NCBI GenBank assembly: GCA_047692235.1 | Contig: JBLLJR010000003.1 | Span: 59,599-123,598, forward strand | Length of the DNA stretch: 64,000 nt | Origin: Enterobacterales bacterium | Lineage (GTDB): Bacteria; Pseudomonadota; Gammaproteobacteria; Enterobacterales; Enterobacteriaceae | Direction: 5' to 3' | Part shown: piece after piece, positions 54,690 to 64,000 of the stretch | How positions within the stretch are numbered: the stretch's first letter is position 1 | How the letters are laid out: every line of letters begins with the position of its first letter | Program-made: the position numbers and the translations under genes | Notes under the pieces: model-generated | Told to the model about the DNA's origin: nothing | The model's database searches: none | What the model saw: only the letters and a program-made list of their open reading frames with translations

Positions 54690-55430
54690 ATGATTATACC
54701 AGCATTAGATTTAATAGACGGTAAGGTTGTTAGATTATATCAAGGAAATTATAAATTAAAAAATATTTATGATGTTGACCCATTAGTTCAGTTAACACGT
54801 TATATATCATATGGCGCTAAATTAATACATTTAATAGATCTTAATGGAGCTAAAAATCCATCTCTTAAACAAACTAAATTATTACTAAATTTAATTAATA
54901 ATGCAAAATTTACGTCAGTACAAGTTGGTGGAGGTATTCGTAATACAGAAGATATTGAAATATTATTAAATGCTGGAGCACAAAGAATAATTATTGGGTC
55001 ATCAGTTATTTTGAATTTTAATTTAATTAAAAGTTGGTTTAAAATTTTCGGACCTGATCGTTTTATTTTAGCATTAGATATATTACAAAATTCTAAAAAT
55101 ATAAATTATATATTAATAGAAGGATGGCAACAGAATACTAATATTACATTAAATGAAATAATGTGTAAAATTATTCCATTAGGAATAAAAAATATTTTAT
55201 GTACAGATATATCTAGAGATGGTACCCTCACAGGAAGCAACATTAAATTATATTCTTCTTTGTGTAATAAATGGCCAAATATTAATTTTCAAGCATCTGG
55301 TGGAATATCTTCATTAGAAGATATTTCTAATTTATGTAATATTGGAATAAAAGATATAATTATAGGAAAAGCTTTATTAGATAATAAATTTACATTATTG
55401 GAGGCTATTAATTGTTATCGAAAAGAATAA
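54690..55430 (+). CDS. hisA: ProFAR isomerase
   Basis: 246-aa ORF with [15 protein letters not shown] and VGGGIR blocks. Confidence 0.93.
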   Translation: MIIPALDLIDGKVVRLYQGNYKLKNIYDVDPLVQLTRYISYGAKLIHLIDLNGAKNPSLKQTKLLLNLINNAKFTSVQVGGGIRNTEDIEILLNAGAQRIIIGSSVILNFNLIKSWFKIFGPDRFILALDILQNSKNINYILIEGWQQNTNITLNEIMCKIIPLGIKNILCTDISRDGTLTGSNIKLYSSLCNKWPNINFQASGGISSLEDISNLCNIGIKDIIIGKALLDNKFTLLEAINCYRKE

Positions 55431-56194
55431 TACCTTGTTTAGACGTAAAAAATAATCAAGTAGTTAAAGGTATACAATTTAAGCACCATGAAATTATTGG
55501 AGATATAATTTCTTTGGCTAGTAGATATGTAGAAGAAGGTGCTGATGAATTAGTATTTTATGATATTGAAGCATCTATTCTGAATAGAACAGTTGATGTT
55601 AATTGGATAAAAAAAATTGCAGAAATTATTAATATTCCATTTTGTGTTGCTGGTGGAATTAATAACATACAAAGTGCTGAAAAAATACTTTCTCTTGGTG
55701 CAGATAAAATATCTATAAATTCTTCTGCACTATCTAATCCTAATTTAATAAATCAGTTATCTAATAAATTTGGAACACAGTGTGTAGTTATTAGTGTTGA
55801 TACTTGGTATAATAATAATAAAAAATGTTATCAAGTATATCAATATACTGGGGATATTTCTTATACCAAAATTACTAATTGGAATACATTGGATTGGATA
55901 CTAGAGGTACAAAATAGAGGGGCTGGTGAAATAGTATTAAATATGATGAATAATGATGGAGTACGTGATGGTTATGATTTAGATCAATTGAAAATTATAA
56001 GAAAACATTGTGATGTTCCTTTAATAGCATCTGGTGGTGCTGGAAATGTAATTCATTTTCTACATGCGTTTAAATATGCTAAAGTTGATGGTACTTTAGC
56101 TGCATCAGTGTTTCATAAAAAAATTATAAATATTAATTGTTTAAAAAATTTTTTATTTTCTAATGGAGTAAATGTACGATTATGTCAGAAATGA
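55412..56194 (+). CDS. hisF: imidazole glycerol phosphate synthase, cyclase subunit
   Basis: 260-aa ORF with a TTG start that overlaps hisA by 19 nt. [18 protein letters not shown] matches the E. coli HisF N-terminus. Confidence 0.93.
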   Translation: MLSKRIIPCLDVKNNQVVKGIQFKHHEIIGDIISLASRYVEEGADELVFYDIEASILNRTVDVNWIKKIAEIINIPFCVAGGINNIQSAEKILSLGADKISINSSALSNPNLINQLSNKFGTQCVVISVDTWYNNNKKCYQVYQYTGDISYTKITNWNTLDWILEVQNRGAGEIVLNMMNNDGVRDGYDLDQLKIIRKHCDVPLIASGGAGNVIHFLHAFKYAKVDGTLAASVFHKKIININCLKNFLFSNGVNVRLCQK

Positions 56195-56814
56195 AAACAA
56201 TTGAGAAATTAAATTGGCAAAAAATTGTTGGATTAATACCAGTTATAATTCAGGACTATATTTCTGGCGAAGTTTTAATGTTAGGATATATGAATAATGA
56301 TGCTCTTAAGCAAACTAAAAAAACGAAATATATTACATTTTATTCTCGTACAAGAAAATGTTTATGGATAAAAGGAAATATTTCTGGAAATAAATTGAAA
56401 CTAGTTAAAATTTACTCTGATTGTGATCAAGATGCATTACTAATTTTAGTAAATCCTGAAGGACCAACATGTCATTTAAATTTAAATAGTTGTTTCTATC
56501 CAGCTAAAAGTAATGCAAGTTTTTTATATGTTTTAGAAAAAATTATTAATAATAGAAAAACTAATGGTCATAAATATAATAATACTTATACTACTAGTTT
56601 ATTTAATAAAGGTATTAAACATATTGCACAAAAAGTTGGGGAAGAAGGAATAGAAGTTGCTTTAGCATCTGTAATAGATAATAAAAATATGATTTATGAA
56701 TCAGCTGATTTAATGTATCATTTATTAGTTTTATTACAAGCAATGAATTTAAATTTAAGCAAAGTAATTGATGAATTAAAAAATAGAAATAAAAATATTA
56801 ATCATTACACTTAA
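56182..56814 (+). CDS. hisI: bifunctional PR-AMP cyclohydrolase / PR-ATP pyrophosphatase
   Basis: 210-aa ORF with [29 protein letters not shown] and [22 protein letters not shown], colinear with E. coli HisIE. Confidence 0.93.
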   Translation: MSEMKTIEKLNWQKIVGLIPVIIQDYISGEVLMLGYMNNDALKQTKKTKYITFYSRTRKCLWIKGNISGNKLKLVKIYSDCDQDALLILVNPEGPTCHLNLNSCFYPAKSNASFLYVLEKIINNRKTNGHKYNNTYTTSLFNKGIKHIAQKVGEEGIEVALASVIDNKNMIYESADLMYHLLVLLQAMNLNLSKVIDELKNRNKNINHYT

Positions 56815-56829
56815 TATATTTTAAGTATT

Positions 56830-57120
56830 TTAATATTCATTTCTTAAAAAATCAATGTGTATAATTTTTGAATTGATTGGATGACGTTGTACTGATTTTA
56901 TTATAACTTGTATAATATTTTCGTTACATATAAGATTTATAGGTTGTTTATAAAATGTATTTTTATTTTTTATATTCATAAAAAAATTATATTGTATTGT
57001 TATAGATATAGGTTTTTTATTTTTACCATATATAACAGCTGGACATTTATTATTTAATCTTAATTGTCTATTGATACTTTTTCCATTTTTATTTTTAATT
57101 TCTATTTTAATGTTTATCAA
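56830..57120 (-). CDS. rplY: 50S ribosomal protein L25
   Basis: 96-aa ORF with a TTG start. GKSINRQLRLNNKCPAVIYG and VQRHP..IHIDF match E. coli L25. Confidence 0.88.
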   Translation of the reverse strand: MINIKIEIKNKNGKSINRQLRLNNKCPAVIYGKNKKPISITIQYNFFMNIKNKNTFYKQPINLICNENIIQVIIKSVQRHPINSKIIHIDFLRNEY

Positions 57121-57253
57121 AATCTATCTCATTTATTTAAATTTAAATAAATAATTAATTGTATCATGAATATTATTTTATTAAATATAATTAATTATTA
57201 AATATTAAAAATATGTTATTATGATTCAAATTATACTTATATATTTTATAATA

Positions 57254-58957
57254 ATGAATTATAATATTCTTGCTAGAAAATGGAGACCGAAAAATTTTTC
57301 TGAAGTTATAGGACAGGAAAATATTATTAAATTATTAACCAATAGTTTAAATTCCAATAAAATACATCATGCATATTTATTTTCTGGAATGCAAGGAATT
57401 GGAAAAACTACTATTGCTAGATTATTTGCAAAAAATTTAAATTGTAAAAATTACATAACATCAACTTCTTGTAATACATGTAGTAATTGTTGTGATTTTA
57501 AAAAAAGTAAGTTTATTGATCTCATTGAAGTTGACGCAGCATCAAAAACAAAAGTAGAAGATATTAAAGAAATTTTAGATGATATAAATTATTTACCAGT
57601 ACAAGGAAAATTTAAAATTTATTTAATAGATGAAGTTCATATGTTATCTCGTTACAGTTTTAATTCATTATTAAAGATATTAGAAGAACCTCCATATCAT
57701 ATAAAATTTTTGTTAGCTACAACTGATCCCCAAAAAATACCATTAACAATATTATCCAGATGTTTACATTTATATTTAAAACCAATAAGTATAAATAATA
57801 TAATCAAATATTTAACTAAAATATTAATTAAAGAATCTATAAAAGTAGATTATAAATCTTTATTTTTAATAGCATACCATTCGAATGGTAGTGTACGTGA
57901 TGCTTTAAATTTATTAGATCAAGCTATTGCTATTGGAAATAATAAAATTAATGAAAGTATAATACACTCTATATTAGGAATACTAGATATTAACTGTGCT
58001 TTATCATTAATTGAATCTTTATTAAATTATGATGGAAATAAGATATTTGAACAAATTGATAAATTTTCAAAATTTAATGTAAATTGGGATATTTTATTAT
58101 CTAATATGTTAGTATTGTTGCATCAAATTTCATGTTATCAGTTGTTTCCAAATAATATAATTACTCAAAATAAAGATATTTTATATAAAATACAAATACT
58201 ATCTTTAAAAATTAAACCAACTGATGTACAATTATATTACCAAATGATAATTAATGGTAGAAAAGAATTACCTTATGCTCCTAGTCCTAGATTGGGATTA
58301 GAGATGACTATGCTAAGGATGTTAACTTTTACTCCAAATTATTTAATTATACAAAAACAAGATTTTGATAAAATACAAACAATAAAAAAAAAAAATTTAA
58401 GTAATAACAAAAAATTAACAAATTATTTTGATAAACCAAAAAAAATTTTTTTAAGCAAAAAAAACAAAAATGAAATTAATGATATTAATAATCATACTTT
58501 AAAAAATTTTACAGTCTCAACTTATAAAGTTTTACGTGCACGTTTAAATATCTTAAGTAATAAAAAAAAATTAAAAATAGAAAATGATATATATAATAAA
58601 AATACTTCTATTGATAATAATAAAATATCAACTCCATTAAATAAAAATCAACCAACTATTATAAATAATAATAAAGCAAATATATATATAAACAGTGAAT
58701 TATCATGTAATAATACTACAAATATTAATAATTATGTAATGAATAAAAAAAATTTAAATACATTGAAAATTTCAAAAATAGATAAAAATAACAATGGTAA
58801 CTTGTTAAGCAAAGTTGAATTGGATACTATTAAAGCGAAATATGGTAATAACTCAGTTAAAATTGAGTCTCTTTTATTAAAAAATAAAAATATTAAATAT
58901 ATCAAAGATTTCTTTGGTGCTACATTAGATTTAAATAGAATAAAATTTATAAAATAA
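57254..58957 (+). CDS. dnaX: DNA polymerase III tau subunit (possible gamma product by slippage)
   Basis: Start set at ATG 57254 (MNYNILARKWRP) by alignment. HHAYLFSGMQGIGKTT, YLIDEVHMLS and LLATTDPQKIPLTILSRC are present. A low-complexity N/K-rich linker follows, and the C-terminus is conserved (IKDFFGATLD). Confidence 0.92.
   Translation: MNYNILARKWRPKNFSEVIGQENIIKLLTNSLNSNKIHHAYLFSGMQGIGKTTIARLFAKNLNCKNYITSTSCNTCSNCCDFKKSKFIDLIEVDAASKTKVEDIKEILDDINYLPVQGKFKIYLIDEVHMLSRYSFNSLLKILEEPPYHIKFLLATTDPQKIPLTILSRCLHLYLKPISINNIIKYLTKILIKESIKVDYKSLFLIAYHSNGSVRDALNLLDQAIAIGNNKINESIIHSILGILDINCALSLIESLLNYDGNKIFEQIDKFSKFNVNWDILLSNMLVLLHQISCYQLFPNNIITQNKDILYKIQILSLKIKPTDVQLYYQMIINGRKELPYAPSPRLGLEMTMLRMLTFTPNYLIIQKQDFDKIQTIKKKNLSNNKKLTNYFDKPKKIFLSKKNKNEINDINNHTLKNFTVSTYKVLRARLNILSNKKKLKIENDIYNKNTSIDNNKISTPLNKNQPTIINNNKANIYINSELSCNNTTNINNYVMNKKNLNTLKISKIDKNNNGNLLSKVELDTIKAKYGNNSVKIESLLLKNKNIKYIKDFFGATLDLNRIKFIK
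58384..58395 (+). repeat. A12 homopolymer inside dnaX just after clamp-loader domain III
   Basis: Counted directly. The -1 frame reads AAA TTT AAG TAA (stop 58402-58404). The +1 frame reads ATT TAA (stop 58398-58400). Confidence 0.95.
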
Positions 58958-59084
58958 AAATTAATTCATATTAATTTTTGTTAATATTTATAAAATAAAA
59001 ATTTTTAAATAAAATTAAATAATTTAATTTTTTACGTCGTATTTAACTAATTTAATATATTTTATCATTTTATTAAGGTAATTT

Positions 59085-60977
59085 ATGAAAAATAAAATTA
59101 AAAAAGAAAGTTATAATTTTAAATCTGAAGTAAAAAATTTACTTCATTTAATGATACATTCATTATATTCAAATAAAGAAATTTTTTTACGAGAACTTAT
59201 ATCTAATGCTTCTGATGCTTCAGAAAAATTACGTTTTCAAGCTATAACAAAACCAGATTTATATGAAAACGATAGTATATTACGTATTCGTTTATCTTAT
59301 AATAAAGATGAACGTACAATTACATTAGATGATAATGGTATAGGAATGAGTAGAAGTGAAGTTATAAATAATTTAGGAACAATTGCTCAATCTGGAACTA
59401 AAGATTTTTTAAAAAATTTTAATTCTAATAATGTTAAAGATGCTAATATGATTGGGCAATTTGGAGTAGGATTTTACTCATCTTTTATTGTGTCAGATAA
59501 AGTTACAGTATTTACTAGATTAGCTGGTGAAGATATAAATAAAGGAGTTTGTTGGGAATCAACTGGTGAAGGTGATTATACAGTCAAATATATCACAAAA
59601 AAGTATAGAGGAACAAAAATTGTTTTACATATTAGAGAAAATGCAAATGAATTTTTAGATGATTGGAAACTTAAAAATATAATTAAAAAGTATTCTGATC
59701 ATATAGAATTACCTGTAGAATTATTAGTAAACACAAAAAAAGATAAAAAAAATGTTTTAACATGGGAACAAATAAATAAAGCTAAAGCTTTATGGACTAG
59801 GAAAAAAAGTGATATTTCTTTAGAAGAATACAAAGAATTTTATAAACATATATCTCATGATAATAATGATCCACTAACATGGATTCATAATCATGTTGAA
59901 GGAACTCAAGAGTATATTAACTTAATATATATACCTCAAAAAACTTCGTGGGATATTTGGAATCGAGAATATAAACATGGTCTCAAGCTTTATATAAATC
60001 GTATTTTTATAATGGATGATGCAGAACAGTTTTTACCAAATTATCTCAGGTTTGCAAAAGGTATAATTGATTCTAATGATCTTCCTTTAAATATTTCTCG
60101 TGAATTATTACAAGATAGTGTTATTACAAATACTTTAAAAAATGCAATTACAAAAAAAATTCTTACTCAATTAGAAAATCTTGCTAAAAATAATAGCAAA
60201 AATTATCAAATATTTTGGAAATCATTTAGTTTAATATTTAAAGAAGGGCCAGCAGAAGATATTAAAAATCGTCATACTATTTCAAAATTATTACGTTTTT
60301 CATCTACACATTGTAATAACAGCAATCAAATAGTTTCATTAGACGAATATTGTAAAAGAATGATAAAAAATCAAGATAAAATATTTTTTTTAACATCTGA
60401 TAGTTATATATCAGCTAAAAATAGTCCACATTTAGAAGTTTTTAAAAAAAATAATATCGAAGTTTTATTATTATCTGATAGAATAGATGAGTGGATGATG
60501 GGTTATTTAACAGATTTTAATGGTAAATTATTCCAATCTGTCAGTAAATCTGATACCTCATCATTTGATAATTTAATAAAAAATAATTTAAAAGAAAAAG
60601 AAAAAAAAGATATAAAACAAAATTTAAATTCATTAGTTCAAAGGGTTAAATCTTATTTAAGTAATAGAGTTAAAGATGTAAAAATTACTTATAGATTAAC
60701 AGATACACCGGCTATTGTTACTACTGATAATAATGATATGACTACTCAAATGGCTAAGTTATTTAGTGCTACAGGACAAAGTACTCCTGAAATTAAATAT
60801 ATATTTGAATTGAATCCTGAACATATTTTAGTGAAAAAAATTAATGATATACATGAAGATAATATTTTTAATAAATGGATAGATTTATTATTAGATCAAG
60901 CTTTATTAATTGAAAAAGGATCGTTAGAAGATCCTAATAAATTTATCAAATGTATTAATGATCTTTTGTCGATATAA
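59085..60977 (+). CDS. htpG: chaperone HtpG (Hsp90)
   Basis: 630-aa ORF with [20 protein letters not shown] and LNISRELLQ blocks. Confidence 0.95.
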   Translation: MKNKIKKESYNFKSEVKNLLHLMIHSLYSNKEIFLRELISNASDASEKLRFQAITKPDLYENDSILRIRLSYNKDERTITLDDNGIGMSRSEVINNLGTIAQSGTKDFLKNFNSNNVKDANMIGQFGVGFYSSFIVSDKVTVFTRLAGEDINKGVCWESTGEGDYTVKYITKKYRGTKIVLHIRENANEFLDDWKLKNIIKKYSDHIELPVELLVNTKKDKKNVLTWEQINKAKALWTRKKSDISLEEYKEFYKHISHDNNDPLTWIHNHVEGTQEYINLIYIPQKTSWDIWNREYKHGLKLYINRIFIMDDAEQFLPNYLRFAKGIIDSNDLPLNISRELLQDSVITNTLKNAITKKILTQLENLAKNNSKNYQIFWKSFSLIFKEGPAEDIKNRHTISKLLRFSSTHCNNSNQIVSLDEYCKRMIKNQDKIFFLTSDSYISAKNSPHLEVFKKNNIEVLLLSDRIDEWMMGYLTDFNGKLFQSVSKSDTSSFDNLIKNNLKEKEKKDIKQNLNSLVQRVKSYLSNRVKDVKITYRLTDTPAIVTTDNNDMTTQMAKLFSATGQSTPEIKYIFELNPEHILVKKINDIHEDNIFNKWIDLLLDQALLIEKGSLEDPNKFIKCINDLLSI

Positions 60978-60993
60978 ATTAATGTTTTTTAAT

Positions 60994-61024
60994 AGTTTAT
61001 GTGTAATTTTATTACACATAAACT
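60994..61024 (+). terminator. strong hairpin after htpG (candidate intrinsic terminator)
   Basis: AGTTTATGTGTAAT (60994-61007) and ATTACACATAAACT (61011-61024) form a perfect 14-bp inverted repeat around a TTT loop, 17 nt after the htpG stop. TGATTTT follows. Confidence 0.5.
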
Positions 61025-61092
61025 TGATTTTATATAAATCAAGTAATATGTTACTTTTTTAATAAACTTTAAAGGATTTTATTTTTATAAAT

Positions 61093-61722
61093 ATGAAAAT
61101 TGCTTTATTAGGAGCTCCTGGATCTGGTAAAGGAACACAATCACGCATTTTAAAAAACTTATATAATATAAAACATATATCTATTGGAGATATATTAAGA
61201 AAAATTATACATAATGAAAATTATTTATCATATTTAAAAAAAGACATTGAAAAATGCTTAAATACTGGAGTATTAGTTAATGATAGAATAATTTTTAAAA
61301 TAGTTAAAAATTGTATTAATAATACAGATTGTAATAATGGCTTTATATTAGATGGTTTTCCAAGAAATTTAAATCAAGCCATTAATATGGAAAATATCGG
61401 TATTATATTAGATATAATAATATATATTGATATACCAAATTCTTTTATTTTAAATCGTATAAAAAATAGAAGTATTAATAAATATAATAATAATATATAT
61501 AATAAAAAATTAATATTAGAAAAAAATTTAATAAAAAGACAAGATGATAAAATAAATGTTTTAAAACAACGGATAGATGAGTTTAATAAAAATAATAAAT
61601 CATTAACTTTTTTTTTGAAAACAACATTCAGTAAAAATAAAACTCGTTTTTTTTCTGTCAATGGAACTTATGATATAGAACATGTAACTAATGCAATTAT
61701 AAAGTTAATTAATAATTTATAA
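61093..61722 (+). CDS. adk: adenylate kinase
   Basis: 209-aa ORF with the P-loop GAPGSGKGTQ and GFILDGFPRN. The LID segment is shorter than in E. coli. Confidence 0.92.
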   Translation: MKIALLGAPGSGKGTQSRILKNLYNIKHISIGDILRKIIHNENYLSYLKKDIEKCLNTGVLVNDRIIFKIVKNCINNTDCNNGFILDGFPRNLNQAINMENIGIILDIIIYIDIPNSFILNRIKNRSINKYNNNIYNKKLILEKNLIKRQDDKINVLKQRIDEFNKNNKSLTFFLKTTFSKNKTRFFSVNGTYDIEHVTNAIIKLINNL

Positions 61723-61727
61723 TTATG

Positions 61728-62147
61728 TTAACAATTTTTATATTCACGAAACCAACTTTCTAAAATTAGAACAGCTGATTTATCATCAATTTTATATTTT
61801 TTTAAACCTTTATATCCTTTTATATTAAAAATACAAGAACGAGCTTCAACAGTACTAAATCTTTCATCATGTAAATAAATATCAATTTTAACAATCTTCG
61901 AGATATTTTTAGCAAATTCTCTTGTTTTAAAAGTCAAATATTGATCTTTACCATTTATATCTAATGGTAAACCAACAATTATGGCATATGGTTGCCATTC
62001 TTTAACAATATTTCTTATTTCATTAAAAATATTGTTTTTTGTAAATAATATTTTTAATGGTTGAGCTGTATAAGTAATATTTTGTCCGATAGCAACACCT
62101 ATATTTTTAATACCAAAATCAAAACATATAAAAAATTTTGTTTTCAT
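61728..62147 (-). CDS. ruvX: putative pre-16S rRNA nuclease / Holliday-junction-resolvase-like YqgF
   Basis: 139-aa ORF. FDFGIKNIGVAIGQ..T.TAQPL matches E. coli YqgF (FDFGTKSIGVAVGQ). Confidence 0.88.
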   Translation of the reverse strand: MKTKFFICFDFGIKNIGVAIGQNITYTAQPLKILFTKNNIFNEIRNIVKEWQPYAIIVGLPLDINGKDQYLTFKTREFAKNISKIVKIDIYLHDERFSTVEARSCIFNIKGYKGLKKYKIDDKSAVLILESWFREYKNC

Positions 62148-62175
62148 AAATTTATTAAATAAATAATCTAATTTA

Positions 62176-62898
62176 TTAATTTTGATATATTCTTATTTTT
62201 TTGTTATTTTCATATGATTTTTTAATATATTTATTTAAAGTATGTTGTATACCATAAATTAATTTATTTTTTCTATTTTCAAATTTTGTTGCTGGATATA
62301 ATCTATTCCATTTATTGAATAAATTTAATTGTTTTTTAGAAATAGGAATTCTATAACGATCATGCATATACAAATATGTCCTAGCTATTATACCACGAGA
62401 TCTAATTGAAGGATCAATTCTTTTATTTTTATTATCAATTTGTATTCTACAATGTCCATATGTAGATTTAGATTTATTAGCAACCCATTCGTCATATTTA
62501 TAATTTTCACGATCTGCATTAATTTCACCTATTGCAGGTTCTATATTATGTAAATCATTTTCCATAACTTTATAAAACTCATCTTTAGCACAATTTCTTC
62601 TCCCTCCATGAGACCAACATTCGCAAAAATGACCAAATTCCCACGCAGGCATAACATGTTCCCATTCAATTCTATGTGCACGTGTTGAATTTTTACGTAT
62701 TTTATATTTACATGATTTTAAATCAGGCTCTCCCTTTGAACCAAACCAATGTATTTTACATCCGCAATAAAACGTAGGCATACCTTTATTAATTTGTGCT
62801 GCTATTTTTTTTGTTTTGTTAAAATTTAAAGAGAATAAACTACTGTTATATGTAATAACACATAGCATTATAATAAACAAATAAAATTTATTTAACAT
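62176..62898 (-). CDS. endA: periplasmic endonuclease I
   Basis: 240-aa ORF with a signal-like N-terminus and TFYCGCKI, RIEWEHVMPAW, GGRRNCAKD, EINADRENY and RGIIARTYLYM blocks, colinear with E. coli EndA. Confidence 0.9.
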   Translation of the reverse strand: MLNKFYLFIIMLCVITYNSSLFSLNFNKTKKIAAQINKGMPTFYCGCKIHWFGSKGEPDLKSCKYKIRKNSTRAHRIEWEHVMPAWEFGHFCECWSHGGRRNCAKDEFYKVMENDLHNIEPAIGEINADRENYKYDEWVANKSKSTYGHCRIQIDNKNKRIDPSIRSRGIIARTYLYMHDRYRIPISKKQLNLFNKWNRLYPATKFENRKNKLIYGIQHTLNKYIKKSYENNKKIRIYQN

Positions 62899-63619
62899 AG
62901 TAAATTAATTTTAGTTATTGAATAAATTAAATTAAATTGCTAACATATATAATGATGTAAAAATTTTGTAATAAAATTACAAATAATTATTGGTTAAATT
63001 CTAAAAATTTATTAAATTAAAATATATAATTATCAAAATTGAAATAATTTATTTACATAAATAAAATAATTTTTAATTTAGTTAATTAAAAATTACATTT
63101 ATATTAATGCAGTGCATAAGTATATTTATCTTTATATTATTTTTTAATAAAATATTAGAATGTATAAATATTATTGATTCTATCATAAAAAATATATATT
63201 TTATATATAAAAATAAATTATCGAAATATTATTTAATATCAATATACGAAAATATAATTTTTTTAAAAATATTTACATATAGATTTATATTTGTTAAATT
63301 AAATAATATTTATTATTAATTTTTTATAAAATATAAAAATTATACAGTAATTTACATTGCATTTAATATATAAGTTACTATTTCAATTAGTAATTATTAA
63401 ATTTTTGTATCAATTTTTAATAAATATTTAAATTAATTATATTAATTTAAATATACTTATAAAAAGTAATTATATATTATAGTTTTAAAAACTATTTCAT
63501 AGTATTAAGTATCTTTAATTTACATATTATTATGTATAATATTTTTAAAATAATTAAATTTAAAATTTATCAAAAAATTTTATGTAAAAACTAATTATTA
63601 AAATTTTTAAAGGATAAAT

Positions 63620-64000
63620 TGTGTCAATAATTAAAATTACTGATGTAAATTTATTAAATAAACGTGTATTAATACGTGCAGATTTTAATGTTCCCATTAA
63701 AAATAATATAATATTATCAGATTTTAAGATTATTTCTGCTTTACCAACTATTCAAGAAGCATTACAACAAAAAGCTTTAGTTATGGTTACATCTCATTTA
63801 GGTAGACCAACTGAAGGTATATATGATGTAAATTTTTCATTAAAACCAATAGTAAAATACTTAAAAAATAAGTTAAATATAAAAATTAAATTAGTTAAAA
63901 ACTATTTAAATGGCGTTGAAATCAGTAAAAATGAGTTAGTTATTTTAGAAAATGTTCGTTTTAATAAAGGTGAAACAACAAATAACATAAATTTATCAAA
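63620..64000 (+). CDS. pgk: phosphoglycerate kinase (5' part; runs off the window)
   Basis: GTG start behind AAAGGA. The translation [27 protein letters not shown]...[13 protein letters not shown]...[10 protein letters not shown] is colinear with E. coli Pgk residues 1-127. It is absent from the ORF track because there is no stop in the window. Confidence 0.9.

Noticed and set aside
8320-61661. Short ORFs (60-108 aa) lying antisense inside well-supported genes: 2885-3091, 8320-8508, 9261-9455, 12419-12601, 21411-21737, 23509-23775, 24560-24793, 26874-27086, 28340-28600, 31027-31212, 33466-33729, 34779-34979, 36818-37141, 38404-38640, 38977-39165, 42693-42875, 43041-43274, 45900-46100 and 61374-61661.
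   Set aside because: Each lies entirely within, and opposite to, a conserved orthologue. Their translations are low-complexity or have no recognisable motifs. They are the shadow ORFs expected on the complement of real genes.
63107-63319. A 70-aa ORF in the endA-pgk spacer.
   Set aside because: It is extremely low in complexity (I/F/N/K/Y), has no ribosome-binding site and lies in DNA of roughly 90% A+T, so it is most likely a chance open frame.
1-64000. CRISPR arrays, IS elements or transposases, integrases, prophage genes, toxin-antitoxin or restriction/defence cassettes, and long direct or inverted repeats.
   Set aside because: None was seen. Every ORF of meaningful length is a housekeeping orthologue in an ancestral synteny context, and I noticed no periodic repeat-spacer structure.
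1-64000. An alternative genetic code (UGA read as Trp), as in some tiny symbiont genomes.
   Set aside because: All orthologues read full-length under the standard code, and Trp is encoded by TGG where I checked individual codons (for example the sdhC C-terminus). There is no need to read through TGA.

Overview
This window is extremely AT-rich and gene-dense, with about 60 genes. It reads cleanly in the standard bacterial code, and the stop codons I checked are mostly TAA. It looks like the reduced genome of an obligate, Enterobacterales-derived (probably insect) endosymbiont; I cannot name the taxon from sequence alone. Every long ORF is a recognisable E. coli orthologue: folC, truA, fabB, grxD, rnt, tyrS, htpX, tilS, cspC, metG, thiI, the complete sdhCDAB-sucABCD block, tRNA-Asp, dnaQ, rnhA, gloB, suhB, iscS, ndk, rlmN, ispG, hisS, bamB, der, leuDCBA, rsmH, secA, apaH, rsmA, surA, djlA, pal, a complete hisGDCBHAFI operon, rplY, dnaX, htpG, adk, ruvX, endA and the 5' part of pgk. 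The window is a mosaic of ancestral E. coli-like microsynteny blocks joined by deletions. I found no mobile elements, CRISPR arrays, defence or toxin systems, or unassignable ORFs, so I do not claim a new multi-gene system. The interesting content is reductive evolution caught in progress. (1) A colinear but heavily eroded dxs pseudogene lies in the only large ORF-free gap. (2) ispG is broken by a single frameshift inside an A10 tract and is otherwise pristine, so it may be rescued by slippage. (3) xseB-ispA are deleted while the quinone-dependent sdhCDAB is intact. (4) rsmH is joined to secA with the whole dcw/fts/mur/lpxC cluster missing, and lptD, pdxA, rodZ, recR and gshB are also missing from their conserved slots. 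(5) iscS stands alone and is C-terminally truncated. (6) Three intact ORFs have altered catalytic signatures: SuhB, GrxD (CKFS) and RNase HI (D134H). (7) dnaX carries an A12 run at a position comparable to the tau/gamma recoding site. All absence calls refer to the ancestral locus only, because the genes could sit elsewhere in the genome.
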